In this document: positions 37,978 through 47,803 of the stretch, piece by piece
Layout: each line of letters opens with the position of its first letter
Position numbering within the stretch: position 1 is the stretch's first letter
NCBI RefSeq assembly: GCF_001677475.2
Contig: NZ_CP015229.1
Direction: 5' to 3' (one strand)
Source: Escherichia coli
GTDB lineage: Bacteria; Pseudomonadota; Gammaproteobacteria; Enterobacterales; Enterobacteriaceae
DNA length: 64,000 bases
Translations under genes and position numbers: made by a program
Notes under the pieces: generated by a model
Seen by the model: only the letters and a program-made list of their open reading frames with translations
What the model was told of the DNA's origin: nothing
The model's database searches: none

Positions 37978-40086
37978 TTGTATCTGTTTGAAAGCCTGAA
38001 TCAACTGATTCAAACCTACCTGCCGGAAGACCAAATCAAGCGTCTGCGGCAGGCGTATCTCGTTGCACGTGATGCTCACGAGGGGCAAACACGTTCAAGC
38101 GGTGAACCCTATATCACGCACCCGGTGGCGGTTGCCTGCATTCTGGCCGAGATGAAACTCGACTATGAAACGCTAATGGCGGCACTGCTGCATGACGTGA
38201 TTGAAGATACTCCCGCCACCTACCAGGACATGGAACAGCTTTTTGGTAAAAGCGTCGCCGAGCTGGTAGAGGGGGTGTCGAAACTTGATAAGCTCAAGTT
38301 CCGCGATAAGAAAGAGGCGCAGGCCGAAAACTTTCGCAAGATGATTATGGCGATGGTGCAGGATATCCGCGTCATCCTCATCAAACTTGCCGACCGTACC
38401 CACAACATGCGCACGCTGGGCTCACTTCGCCCGGACAAACGCCGCCGCATCGCCCGTGAAACTCTCGAAATTTACAGCCCGCTGGCGCACCGTTTAGGTA
38501 TCCACCACATTAAAACCGAACTCGAAGAGCTGGGTTTTGAAGCGCTGTATCCCAACCGTTATCGCGTAATCAAAGAAGTGGTGAAAGCCGCGCGCGGCAA
38601 CCGTAAAGAGATGATCCAGAAGATTCTTTCTGAAATCGAAGGGCGTTTGCAGGAAGCGGGAATACCGTGCCGCGTCAGTGGTCGCGAAAAGCATCTTTAT
38701 TCGATTTACTGCAAAATGGTGCTCAAAGAGCAGCGTTTTCACTCAATCATGGACATCTACGCTTTCCGCGTGATCGTCAATGATTCTGACACCTGTTATC
38801 GCGTGCTGGGCCAGATGCACAGCCTGTACAAGCCGCGTCCGGGCCGCGTGAAAGACTATATCGCCATTCCAAAAGCGAACGGCTATCAGTCTTTGCACAC
38901 CTCGATGATTGGCCCGCACGGCGTGCCGGTTGAGGTCCAGATCCGTACCGAAGATATGGATCAGATGGCGGAGATGGGTGTTGCCGCGCACTGGGCTTAT
39001 AAAGAGCACGGCGAAACCAGTACTACCGCACAAATCCGCGCCCAGCGCTGGATGCAAAGCCTGCTGGAGCTGCAACAGAGTGCCGGTAGCTCGTTTGAAT
39101 TTATCGAGAGCGTTAAATCCGATCTCTTCCCGGATGAGATTTACGTTTTCACACCGGAAGGGCGAATTGTCGAACTGCCTGCCGGTGCAACGCCCGTCGA
39201 CTTCGCTTATGCGGTGCATACCGATATCGGTCATGCCTGCGTGGGCGCACGCGTCGACCGCCAGCCTTACCCGCTGTCGCAGCCGCTTACCAGCGGTCAA
39301 ACCGTTGAAATTATTACCGCACCGGGCGCTCGCCCGAATGCCGCTTGGCTGAACTTTGTCGTTAGCTCGAAAGCGCGCGCCAAAATTCGTCAATTGCTGA
39401 AAAACCTCAAGCGTGATGATTCTGTAAGCCTGGGCCGTCGTCTGCTCAACCATGCGTTGGGTGGCAGCCGCAAGCTCAATGAAATCCCGCAGGAAAATAT
39501 TCAGCGCGAGCTGGACCGCATGAAGCTGGCAACGCTTGACGATCTGCTGGCTGAAATCGGCCTTGGTAACGCAATGAGCGTGGTGGTCGCGAAAAATCTG
39601 CAACATGGGGACGCCTCCATTCCACCGGCAACCCAAAGTCACGGACATCTGCCCATTAAAGGTGCCGATGGCGTGCTGATCACCTTTGCGAAATGCTGTC
39701 GCCCTATTCCTGGCGACCCGATTATCGCCCACGTCAGCCCCGGTAAAGGTCTGGTGATCCACCATGAATCCTGCCGTAACATCCGTGGCTACCAGAAAGA
39801 GCCAGAGAAGTTTATGGCTGTGGAATGGGATAAAGAGACGGCGCAGGAGTTCATCACCGAAATCAAGGTGGAGATGTTCAATCATCAGGGCGCGCTGGCA
39901 AACCTAACAGCGGCAATTAACACCACCACCTCGAATATTCAAAGTTTGAATACGGAAGAGAAAGATGGTCGCGTCTACAGCGCCTTTATTCGTCTGACCG
40001 CCCGTGACCGTGTGCATCTGGCGAATATCATGCGCAAAATCCGCGTGATGCCAGACGTGATTAAAGTCACCCGAAACCGAAATTAA
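37978..40086 (+). CDS. spoT: bifunctional (p)ppGpp synthetase II / ppGpp pyrophosphohydrolase
   Basis: 702 aa from TTG start codon at 37978; HD hydrolase and RelA/SpoT synthetase domains, TGS and ACT regions. Confidence 0.95.
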   Translation: MYLFESLNQLIQTYLPEDQIKRLRQAYLVARDAHEGQTRSSGEPYITHPVAVACILAEMKLDYETLMAALLHDVIEDTPATYQDMEQLFGKSVAELVEGVSKLDKLKFRDKKEAQAENFRKMIMAMVQDIRVILIKLADRTHNMRTLGSLRPDKRRRIARETLEIYSPLAHRLGIHHIKTELEELGFEALYPNRYRVIKEVVKAARGNRKEMIQKILSEIEGRLQEAGIPCRVSGREKHLYSIYCKMVLKEQRFHSIMDIYAFRVIVNDSDTCYRVLGQMHSLYKPRPGRVKDYIAIPKANGYQSLHTSMIGPHGVPVEVQIRTEDMDQMAEMGVAAHWAYKEHGETSTTAQIRAQRWMQSLLELQQSAGSSFEFIESVKSDLFPDEIYVFTPEGRIVELPAGATPVDFAYAVHTDIGHACVGARVDRQPYPLSQPLTSGQTVEIITAPGARPNAAWLNFVVSSKARAKIRQLLKNLKRDDSVSLGRRLLNHALGGSRKLNEIPQENIQRELDRMKLATLDDLLAEIGLGNAMSVVVAKNLQHGDASIPPATQSHGHLPIKGADGVLITFAKCCRPIPGDPIIAHVSPGKGLVIHHESCRNIRGYQKEPEKFMAVEWDKETAQEFITEIKVEMFNHQGALANLTAAINTTTSNIQSLNTEEKDGRVYSAFIRLTARDRVHLANIMRKIRVMPDVIKVTRNRN

Positions 40087-40092
40087 TGTTTT

Positions 40093-40782
40093 ATGAACCC
40101 AACACGTTATGCACGTATCTGCGAAATGCTCGCCAGGCGGCAGCCTGATCTGACCGTCTGCATGGAGCAGGTCCACAAACCTCATAACGTTTCTGCGATT
40201 ATTCGTACCGCAGATGCCGTTGGCGTACATGAAGTTCATGCCGTCTGGCCTGGCAGCCGGATGCGCACCATGGCTTCGGCAGCTGCGGGTAGTAACAGCT
40301 GGGTACAGGTGAAAACGCACCGCACCATTGGCGATGCCGTCGCTCATCTGAAAGGCCAGGGCATGCAGATTCTGGCAACCCATCTTTCTGATAACGCTGT
40401 CGATTTCCGCGAAATTGATTACACTCGCCCGACCTGTATTTTGATGGGACAGGAGAAAACAGGCATCACGCAGGAAGCGTTGGCCCTGGCGGATCGGGAC
40501 ATCATCATTCCGATGATTGGCATGGTGCAATCGCTGAATGTTTCCGTTGCCTCAGCCCTCATTCTTTACGAAGCCCAGCGCCAGCGGCAAAATGCGGGCA
40601 TGTACCTGCGTGAAAACAGCATGTTGCCGGAAGCAGAGCAACAACGCCTGTTGTTTGAAGGCGGCTATCCGGTGCTGGCGAAAGTCGCAAAACGCAAAGG
40701 CCTGCCTTATCCCCACGTAAATCAGCAAGGCGAGATCGAAGCTGATGCCGACTGGTGGGCTACTATGCAGGCTGCAGGGTAA
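40093..40782 (+). CDS. trmH: tRNA (guanosine18-2'-O)-methyltransferase
   Basis: 229 aa SpoU-family methyltransferase; position after spoT. Confidence 0.92.
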   Translation: MNPTRYARICEMLARRQPDLTVCMEQVHKPHNVSAIIRTADAVGVHEVHAVWPGSRMRTMASAAAGSNSWVQVKTHRTIGDAVAHLKGQGMQILATHLSDNAVDFREIDYTRPTCILMGQEKTGITQEALALADRDIIIPMIGMVQSLNVSVASALILYEAQRQRQNAGMYLRENSMLPEAEQQRLLFEGGYPVLAKVAKRKGLPYPHVNQQGEIEADADWWATMQAAG

Positions 40783-40787
40783 GTGCC

Positions 40788-42869
40788 ATGAAAGGTCGCC
40801 TGTTAGATGCTGTCCCACTCAGTTCCCTAACGGGCGTTGGCGCAGCACTTAGTAACAAACTGGCGAAAATCAACCTGCATACCGTGCAGGATCTACTGTT
40901 ACACCTTCCCCTGCGCTACGAAGATCGCACCCATCTCTACCCCATCGGAGAACTACTGCCGGGCGTTTATGCCACGGTGGAAGGCGAAGTGCTGAACTGC
41001 AATATCTCCTTCGGCGGTCGGCGGATGATGACCTGCCAGATCAGCGACGGTTCCGGCATTCTCACCATGCGCTTTTTCAACTTCAACGCGGCAATGAAAA
41101 ATAGCCTGGCGACGGGCCGCCGTGTACTGGCCTATGGTGAAGCAAAGCGCGGTAAATATGGTGCGGAGATGATCCACCCGGAATACCGCGTGCAAGGCGA
41201 TCTCAGCACGCCAGAGTTACAGGAAACGCTCACGCCGGTTTACCCAACTACGGAAGGCGTAAAGCAGGCCACGCTGCGTAAATTAACCGACCAGGCGCTG
41301 GATCTGCTCGACACCTGCGCCATTGAAGAACTCCTGCCGCCGGAACTGTCACAAGGAATGATGACGCTGCCGGAAGCGTTGCGCACTTTGCACCGCCCGC
41401 CGCCGACGCTACAGCTTAGCGATCTGGAAACCGGCCAGCATCCGGCACAACGCCGTCTGATTCTGGAAGAACTGCTGGCGCACAACCTCAGCATGTTAGC
41501 CTTACGTGCCGGAGCACAGCGTTTTCATGCCCAGCCACTGAGCGCCAATGACGCGCTGAAAAATAAACTCCTCGCAGCCTTACCGTTCAAGCCAACGGGC
41601 GCACAGGCACGCGTAGTGGCGGAGATCGAGCGCGATATGGCGCTGGATGTGCCGATGATGCGCCTGGTACAGGGCGATGTAGGTTCCGGTAAAACGCTGG
41701 TCGCCGCCCTCGCCGCGCTGCGTGCGATTGCCCACGGCAAACAGGTGGCATTAATGGCACCAACCGAATTACTCGCCGAGCAGCACGCCAATAACTTCCG
41801 CAACTGGTTTGAACCGCTCGGTATCGAAGTGGGCTGGCTCGCCGGTAAGCAGAAAGGTAAAGCGCGACTGTCTCAGCAGGAAGCCATTGCCAGCGGTCAG
41901 GTGCAGATGATTGTTGGTACGCACGCCATCTTCCAGGAACAGGTGCAGTTTAACGGCCTGGCGCTGGTGATTATCGACGAACAGCATCGCTTTGGCGTGC
42001 ATCAGCGTCTGGCATTGTGGGAGAAAGGCCAGCAGCAAGGCTTCCATCCGCATCAGCTGATCATGACCGCGACACCCATCCCACGCACGTTGGCAATGAC
42101 CGCCTATGCCGACCTTGATACCTCGGTGATAGATGAACTGCCGCCAGGCCGCACGCCAGTGACTACGGTCGCTATTCCTGATACCCGCCGTACCGACATT
42201 ATTGACCGCGTGCGCCATGCCTGCATCACCGAAAAGCGTCAGGCGTACTGGGTGTGCACACTCATTGAAGAGTCAGAGTTACTGGAAGCGCAGGCAGCTG
42301 AAGCTACCTGGGAAGAGTTGAAACTGGCGCTACCAGAGTTGAATGTTGGCCTGGTACACGGACGGATGAAACCAGCCGAGAAACAGGCGGTGATGGCGTC
42401 GTTTAAACAAGGTGAACTACACCTGCTGGTTGCCACTACCGTTATTGAAGTCGGCGTTGATGTGCCTAACGCCAGTCTGATGATTATCGAAAACCCGGAG
42501 CGTCTGGGTCTGGCGCAGTTACACCAGCTGCGCGGGCGTGTAGGTCGTGGCGCGGTGGCTTCTCACTGCGTGCTGCTCTACAAAACACCGCTCTCTAAAA
42601 CGGCGCAAATTCGCCTGCAAGTGCTGCGCGACAGCAACGACGGGTTTGTGATTGCACAAAAAGATCTGGAGATTCGCGGCCCTGGCGAATTGTTAGGCAC
42701 TCGTCAGACGGGTAATGCTGAATTTAAAGTGGCGGATTTACTGCGCGATCAGGCGATGATCCCGGAAGTTCAGCGCCTGGCGCGACATATTCACGAACGT
42801 TACCCACAACAAGCAAAAGCCCTGATAGAACGCTGGATGCCAGAAACAGAACGTTACTCCAACGCGTAA
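40788..42869 (+). CDS. recG: ATP-dependent DNA helicase RecG
   Basis: True start at MKGRLLDAVPLSSLTGVGAALSNKLAKI; 693 aa; Walker A GDVGSGKT, DEQH box. Confidence 0.95.
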   Translation: MKGRLLDAVPLSSLTGVGAALSNKLAKINLHTVQDLLLHLPLRYEDRTHLYPIGELLPGVYATVEGEVLNCNISFGGRRMMTCQISDGSGILTMRFFNFNAAMKNSLATGRRVLAYGEAKRGKYGAEMIHPEYRVQGDLSTPELQETLTPVYPTTEGVKQATLRKLTDQALDLLDTCAIEELLPPELSQGMMTLPEALRTLHRPPPTLQLSDLETGQHPAQRRLILEELLAHNLSMLALRAGAQRFHAQPLSANDALKNKLLAALPFKPTGAQARVVAEIERDMALDVPMMRLVQGDVGSGKTLVAALAALRAIAHGKQVALMAPTELLAEQHANNFRNWFEPLGIEVGWLAGKQKGKARLSQQEAIASGQVQMIVGTHAIFQEQVQFNGLALVIIDEQHRFGVHQRLALWEKGQQQGFHPHQLIMTATPIPRTLAMTAYADLDTSVIDELPPGRTPVTTVAIPDTRRTDIIDRVRHACITEKRQAYWVCTLIEESELLEAQAAEATWEELKLALPELNVGLVHGRMKPAEKQAVMASFKQGELHLLVATTVIEVGVDVPNASLMIIENPERLGLAQLHQLRGRVGRGAVASHCVLLYKTPLSKTAQIRLQVLRDSNDGFVIAQKDLEIRGPGELLGTRQTGNAEFKVADLLRDQAMIPEVQRLARHIHERYPQQAKALIERWMPETERYSNA

Positions 42870-42969
42870 AAGACGGCGGTGAGAAGACCGCCGCTTCAGG
42901 TTGTTCTACCTTCCTGCCGGATGTGCTTCGTCCTACAAAAACTTATAAATTCAATAAATTGTGAATCAA

Positions 42970-43003
42970 TACGTAGGCTTGATAAGCGAAGCGTATCAGG
43001 CAT
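42970..43003. repeat. REP (repetitive extragenic palindromic) element
   Basis: Minus strand reads GCCTGATACGCTTCGCTTATCAAGCCTAC, matching the REP pattern GCC(T/G)GAT.CG...CTTATC.GGCCTAC, between convergent recG and gltS. Confidence 0.6.
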
Positions 43004-43044
43004 TTGTCTTTGTTGCGGCGGCACTTCTACCGCCGCTTCATCGG

Positions 43045-44250
43045 TTAACCCGCAAAAATCGGCAACATCAAATACAACTTAATTACCAGCGCGTTAACGA
43101 TATCGATAAAGAACGCACCGACCATCGGCACTACCAGGAAGGCCATGTGCGACGGGCCAAAACGTTCAGTGATCGCCTGCATGTTGGCGATTGCCGTTGG
43201 CGTTGCACCGAGGCCAAAACCACAGTGACCCGCAGCAAGCACTGCCGCATCGTAGTTTTTGCCCATCATGCGCCAGGTAACGAAGATGGCATACAACGCC
43301 ATGAAGATGGTCTGTACCACCAGAATCGCCAGCATCGGCAGCGCCAGCGAAGCCAGCTCCCACAGTTTCAGCCCCATCAGCGCCATCGCCAGGAACAACG
43401 ACAGGCTTACGTTACCCAGCACGGATACCGCACGCTCAAAGACGCGGTAAAAGCCCATCATTGACAGACCGTTGCTCAGAATCACGCCAACAAACAGTAC
43501 ACAGACGAAGGTCGGCAGTTCAAAAGCAGTGCCAGCCAAAAGTTGCGCAACAATTTTCCCCACCGTCAGGCAGATAGCAATCAGCGCGATAGTTTCAATC
43601 AGCACCAACGAGGTGATCATGCGGCCCACATCCGGCTTTTCGAACGCCGTCGGGACTTCCTGGTCATCCGGAATACCGTTCGGCGTGGTGGAGTGTTTCA
43701 CCAGATAGCGCGCCACCGGACCGCCAATCAAGCCGCCCAGCACCAAACCGAACGTTGCACAGGCCATCGCCACTTCCGTCGCATTGGTGAAGCCATAACG
43801 TTCAATGAACAATTTACTCCATGCAGCTCCCGTACCGTGACCGCCGGAAAGCGTAATAGAACCGGCCAGCAACCCCATCAGCGGATCAAGCCCTAACAGG
43901 CTAGCCATACCAATGCCAATGGCATTTTGCATCACCAACAGACCAACAACCACAATCAGGAAGATGCCAACCACACGCCCACCGGCACGCAAACTGGCAA
44001 TGTTGGCGTTCAGGCCAATGGTGGCGAAGAAAGCCAGCATTAACGGATCGCGTAGGGACATATCAAAGTTGACTTCCCAGCCCATGCTTTTTTTCAGTAC
44101 CAGTAGCGCCAGCGCCACCAACAAACCACCCGCAACAGGTTCCGGTATGGTGTATTTCTTCAAAAAGGAGACGGAATGGACCAACTTACGCCCGAGCAGC
44201 AACGTCAGCGTTGCGGCAACAAGCGTTGCTAAAGTATCGAGATGAAACAT
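43045..44250 (-). CDS. gltS: sodium/glutamate symporter
   Basis: 401 aa polytopic membrane protein; MFHLDTLATLVAATLTLLLGRKLV. Confidence 0.92.
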   Translation of the reverse strand: MFHLDTLATLVAATLTLLLGRKLVHSVSFLKKYTIPEPVAGGLLVALALLVLKKSMGWEVNFDMSLRDPLMLAFFATIGLNANIASLRAGGRVVGIFLIVVVGLLVMQNAIGIGMASLLGLDPLMGLLAGSITLSGGHGTGAAWSKLFIERYGFTNATEVAMACATFGLVLGGLIGGPVARYLVKHSTTPNGIPDDQEVPTAFEKPDVGRMITSLVLIETIALIAICLTVGKIVAQLLAGTAFELPTFVCVLFVGVILSNGLSMMGFYRVFERAVSVLGNVSLSLFLAMALMGLKLWELASLALPMLAILVVQTIFMALYAIFVTWRMMGKNYDAAVLAAGHCGFGLGATPTAIANMQAITERFGPSHMAFLVVPMVGAFFIDIVNALVIKLYLMLPIFAG

Positions 44251-44529
44251 AGTTACTCCTTTGTATCCGCATCACTCTTTCATACTCGTCATACTTCATC
44301 GCGCAGTGGCAACTTCATGAACTATGACGGGTATCGAGTTATGCTTTCCTGGGTCAAATTCTCAGCTGTTAATGAACAAATGGCATGGATTTTAAGCAGA
44401 AAAATACCAAAAGTTATATAAAAAAGTGCATTTATCTCATTTAAATATTTAGATGAGGATGTGGCAAACGTTTGCTTTTCTCTTTCGGTCAGCTAAAATG
44501 CCCGCTTTGCTACCACGGGATTGTTTTCG

Positions 44530-45921
44530 ATGTCTGTTTCCACCCTCGAGTCAGAAAATGCGCAACCGGTTGCGCAGACTCAAAACAGCGAACTGATTTA
44601 CCGTCTTGAAGATAGTCCGCCGCTTCCTCAAACCTTGTTTGCCGCCTGTCAGCATCTGCTGGCGATGTTCGTTGCGGTGATCACGCCAGCGCTATTAATC
44701 TGCCAGGCGCTGGGTTTACCGGCACAAGACACGCAACACATTATTAGTATGTCGCTGTTTGCCTCCGGTGTGGCATCGATTATTCAAATTAAGGCCTGGG
44801 GTCCGGTTGGCTCCGGGCTGTTGTCTATTCAGGGCACAAGCTTCAACTTTGTTGCCCCGTTGATTATGGGCGGCACAGCGCTGAAAACCGGAGGTGCTGA
44901 TGTTCCTACCATGATGGCGGCTTTGTTCGGCACGTTGATGCTGGCAAGTTGTACCGAGATGGTGATCTCCCGCGTTCTGCATCTGGCGCGCCGCATTATT
45001 ACACCGCTGGTTTCTGGCGTTGTGGTGATGATTATCGGCCTGTCGCTAATTCAGGTGGGGCTGACCTCCATTGGCGGCGGTTACGCAGCCATGAGCGATA
45101 ACACCTTCGGCGCACCGAAAAATCTGCTGCTGGCAGGCGTGGTCTTAGCCTTAATTATCCTGCTTAACCGTCAACGTAACCCTTACTTACGCGTGGCCTC
45201 ACTGGTGATTGCGATGGCGGCCGGATATGCGCTGGCGTGGTTTATGGGCATGTTGCCAGAAAGCAACGAACCGATGACGCAAGAACTGATTATGGTGCCA
45301 ACGCCACTCTATTACGGTCTTGGCATTGAATGGAGTCTGCTGCTGCCGCTGATGCTGGTCTTTATGATCACTTCGCTGGAAACCATTGGCGATATCACGG
45401 CGACCTCTGACGTTTCCGAACAGCCAGTGTCCGGTCCGCTGTACATGAAACGCCTGAAAGGCGGCGTGCTGGCAAACGGTCTGAACTCGTTTGTTTCGGC
45501 GGTGTTTAACACCTTCCCGAACTCCTGCTTCGGGCAGAACAACGGAGTGATCCAGTTGACCGGTGTTGCCAGCCGCTATGTCGGTTTTGTCGTCGCGCTG
45601 ATGTTGATCGTGCTGGGTCTGTTCCCGGCAGTGAGCGGTTTTGTACAACACATTCCAGAACCGGTTCTGGGCGGCGCAACGCTTGTAATGTTTGGCACTA
45701 TCGCCGCTTCCGGTGTGCGCATTGTGTCTCGTGAGCCGCTGAACCGTCGGGCGATTCTGATTATCGCGCTGTCGCTGGCGGTCGGTCTGGGCGTCTCTCA
45801 GCAGCCGCTGATTTTGCAGTTTGCCCCTGAGTGGCTGAAAAACCTGCTCTCCTCCGGGATTGCCGCGGGCGGTATTACTGCCATCGTGCTGAATCTGATT
45901 TTCCCACCAGAAAAACAGTAA
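44530..45921 (+). CDS. xanP: xanthine permease (NCS2 family)
   Basis: Start at [24 protein letters not shown]; 463 aa; NCS2 motifs. Confidence 0.9.
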   Translation: MSVSTLESENAQPVAQTQNSELIYRLEDSPPLPQTLFAACQHLLAMFVAVITPALLICQALGLPAQDTQHIISMSLFASGVASIIQIKAWGPVGSGLLSIQGTSFNFVAPLIMGGTALKTGGADVPTMMAALFGTLMLASCTEMVISRVLHLARRIITPLVSGVVVMIIGLSLIQVGLTSIGGGYAAMSDNTFGAPKNLLLAGVVLALIILLNRQRNPYLRVASLVIAMAAGYALAWFMGMLPESNEPMTQELIMVPTPLYYGLGIEWSLLLPLMLVFMITSLETIGDITATSDVSEQPVSGPLYMKRLKGGVLANGLNSFVSAVFNTFPNSCFGQNNGVIQLTGVASRYVGFVVALMLIVLGLFPAVSGFVQHIPEPVLGGATLVMFGTIAASGVRIVSREPLNRRAILIIALSLAVGLGVSQQPLILQFAPEWLKNLLSSGIAAGGITAIVLNLIFPPEKQ

Positions 45922-46041
45922 TTCACTGGCGGCGGTAAGATAATTACCGCCGCAGTCTCACCTCTTTCACCATTCCCGCCTTGAGGATTGCGCGTAAATC
46001 GTGCATAACTCCCTTATGTGCATTTCACGGGATGGAAGACC

Positions 46042-47751
46042 ATGAAATTTATTGGGAAGCTGCTTCTCTACATTCTCATCGCTCTGTTAGTGGCGATCGC
46101 TGGCCTCTATTTTCTTCTGCAAACTCGCTGGGGAGCAGAACATATCAGCGCATGGGTTTCCGAGAATAGCGACTATCATCTGGCCTTCGGGGCGATGGAT
46201 CACCGTTTTTCCGCGCCATCTCATATCGTGCTGGAGAACGTCACGTTTGGCCGTGATGGCCAGCCCGCGACCCTGGTGGCAAAAAGTGTCGACATTGCGC
46301 TAAGCAGTCGGCAACTGACCGAACCACGCCATGTCGATACCATCCTGCTGGAAAACGGGACGCTGAATCTCACCGACCAGACCGCGCCGCTACCGTTCAA
46401 AGCCGATCGTCTGCAACTGCGTGATATGGCGTTTAATAGCCCGAATAGCGAATGGAAACTGAGCGCGCAGCGGGTAAATGGCGGCGTGGTTCCGTGGTCA
46501 CCAGAAGCCGGTAAAGTGCTGGGTACGAAGGCGCAGATTCAGTTTAGTGCCGGATCGCTTTCGCTCAATGATGTTCCTGCCACCAATGTACTGATTGAAG
46601 GCAGTATTGATAACGATCGCGTTACGCTGACTAACCTGGGTGCCGACATCGCCCGCGGGACATTAACCGGAAACGCGCAGCGTAACGCCGACGGCAGCTG
46701 GCAAGTGGAAAACCTGCGCATGGCGGATATACGTCTACAAAGCGAAAAATCGCTAACCGACTTCTTTGCGCCATTACGCTCTGTCCCGTCGTTGCAGATT
46801 GGTCGCCTGGAAGTCATCGACGCTCGCCTACAAGGTCCGGACTGGGCGGTGACCGACCTCGATCTCAGCTTGCGCAACATGACCTTCAGTAAAGATGACT
46901 GGCAGACACAAGAAGGCAAACTGTCGATGAACGCTAGCGAGTTCATTTATGGTTCGCTGCATTTATTTGACCCGATTATAAATGCGGAATTTTCCCCGCA
47001 GGGCGTAGCGCTGCGCCAGTTCACCAGCCGCTGGGAAGGGGGTATGGTCAGAACGTCAGGGAACTGGCTGCGTGACGGGAAAACGTTGATCCTTGATGAT
47101 GCGGCAATTGCCGGGCTGGAATATACCTTGCCGAAAAACTGGCAACAGTTGTGGATGGAAACGACACCCGGTTGGTTAAACAGCCTGCAACTGAAGAGAT
47201 TTAGCGCCAGCCGCAATCTGATCATTGATATCGACCCTGACTTTCCGTGGCAGCTCACCGCGCTCGATGGTTACGGTGCCAATCTGACGCTGGTTACCGA
47301 TCATAAATGGGGCGTCTGGAGTGGCTCGGCGAATCTGAATGCCGCCGCCGCGACGTTTAATCGTGTTGATGTTCGTCGCCCATCGCTGGCGCTAACCGCC
47401 AACAGCAGCACGGTGAATATCAGCGAACTGAGTGCATTTACTGAAAAAGGCATTCTGGAAGCCACCGCCAGTGTTTCACAAACGCCACAACGTCAGACAC
47501 ATATCAGCCTGAATGGACGCGGTGTGCCGGTGAATATTTTGCAACAGTGGGGATGGCCTGAATTACCGTTGACTGGCGACGGCAATATTCAGCTTACCGC
47601 CAGTGGCGATATTCAGGCCAATGTCCCGCTGAAACCTACGGTTAGCGGGCAATTGCATGCCGTGAACGCCGCAAAGCAGCAAGTGACTCAAACCATGAAT
47701 GCGGGCGTCGTTTCCAGTAGCGAAGTTACATCGACAGAGCCGGTGCAGTAA
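46042..47751 (+). CDS. yicH: AsmA family protein YicH
   Basis: Start at MKFIGKLLLYILIALLVAIAGLYFLL (N-terminal TM anchor); 569 aa. Confidence 0.88.
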   Translation: MKFIGKLLLYILIALLVAIAGLYFLLQTRWGAEHISAWVSENSDYHLAFGAMDHRFSAPSHIVLENVTFGRDGQPATLVAKSVDIALSSRQLTEPRHVDTILLENGTLNLTDQTAPLPFKADRLQLRDMAFNSPNSEWKLSAQRVNGGVVPWSPEAGKVLGTKAQIQFSAGSLSLNDVPATNVLIEGSIDNDRVTLTNLGADIARGTLTGNAQRNADGSWQVENLRMADIRLQSEKSLTDFFAPLRSVPSLQIGRLEVIDARLQGPDWAVTDLDLSLRNMTFSKDDWQTQEGKLSMNASEFIYGSLHLFDPIINAEFSPQGVALRQFTSRWEGGMVRTSGNWLRDGKTLILDDAAIAGLEYTLPKNWQQLWMETTPGWLNSLQLKRFSASRNLIIDIDPDFPWQLTALDGYGANLTLVTDHKWGVWSGSANLNAAAATFNRVDVRRPSLALTANSSTVNISELSAFTEKGILEATASVSQTPQRQTHISLNGRGVPVNILQQWGWPELPLTGDGNIQLTASGDIQANVPLKPTVSGQLHAVNAAKQQVTQTMNAGVVSSSEVTSTEPVQ

Positions 47752-47762
47752 AAATCAATCTC

Positions 47763-47789
47763 GCCGGGTACGACTCAGACGTACCCGGC
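47763..47789. terminator. bidirectional hairpin between convergent yicH and yicI
   Basis: Perfect 9 bp stem GCCGGGTAC/GTACCCGGC with 9 nt loop; modest T-run on the minus side. Confidence 0.45.
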
Positions 47790-47803
47790 ATTCCATCAAT
47801 AGA

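Noticed and set aside
38743-39885. 380 aa minus-strand ORF (with 39904-40530, 208 aa)
   Set aside because: Antisense to spoT and trmH; no independent support.
41240-42436. Several 65-149 aa minus-strand ORFs
   Set aside because: All antisense within recG.
42875-42892. Possible recG intrinsic terminator
   Set aside because: The GGCGGT/ACCGCC stem is not followed by a convincing T-tract; noted only as a secondary structure.
45199-46946. Minus-strand ORFs of 150 and 135 aa
   Set aside because: Antisense within xanP and yicH.
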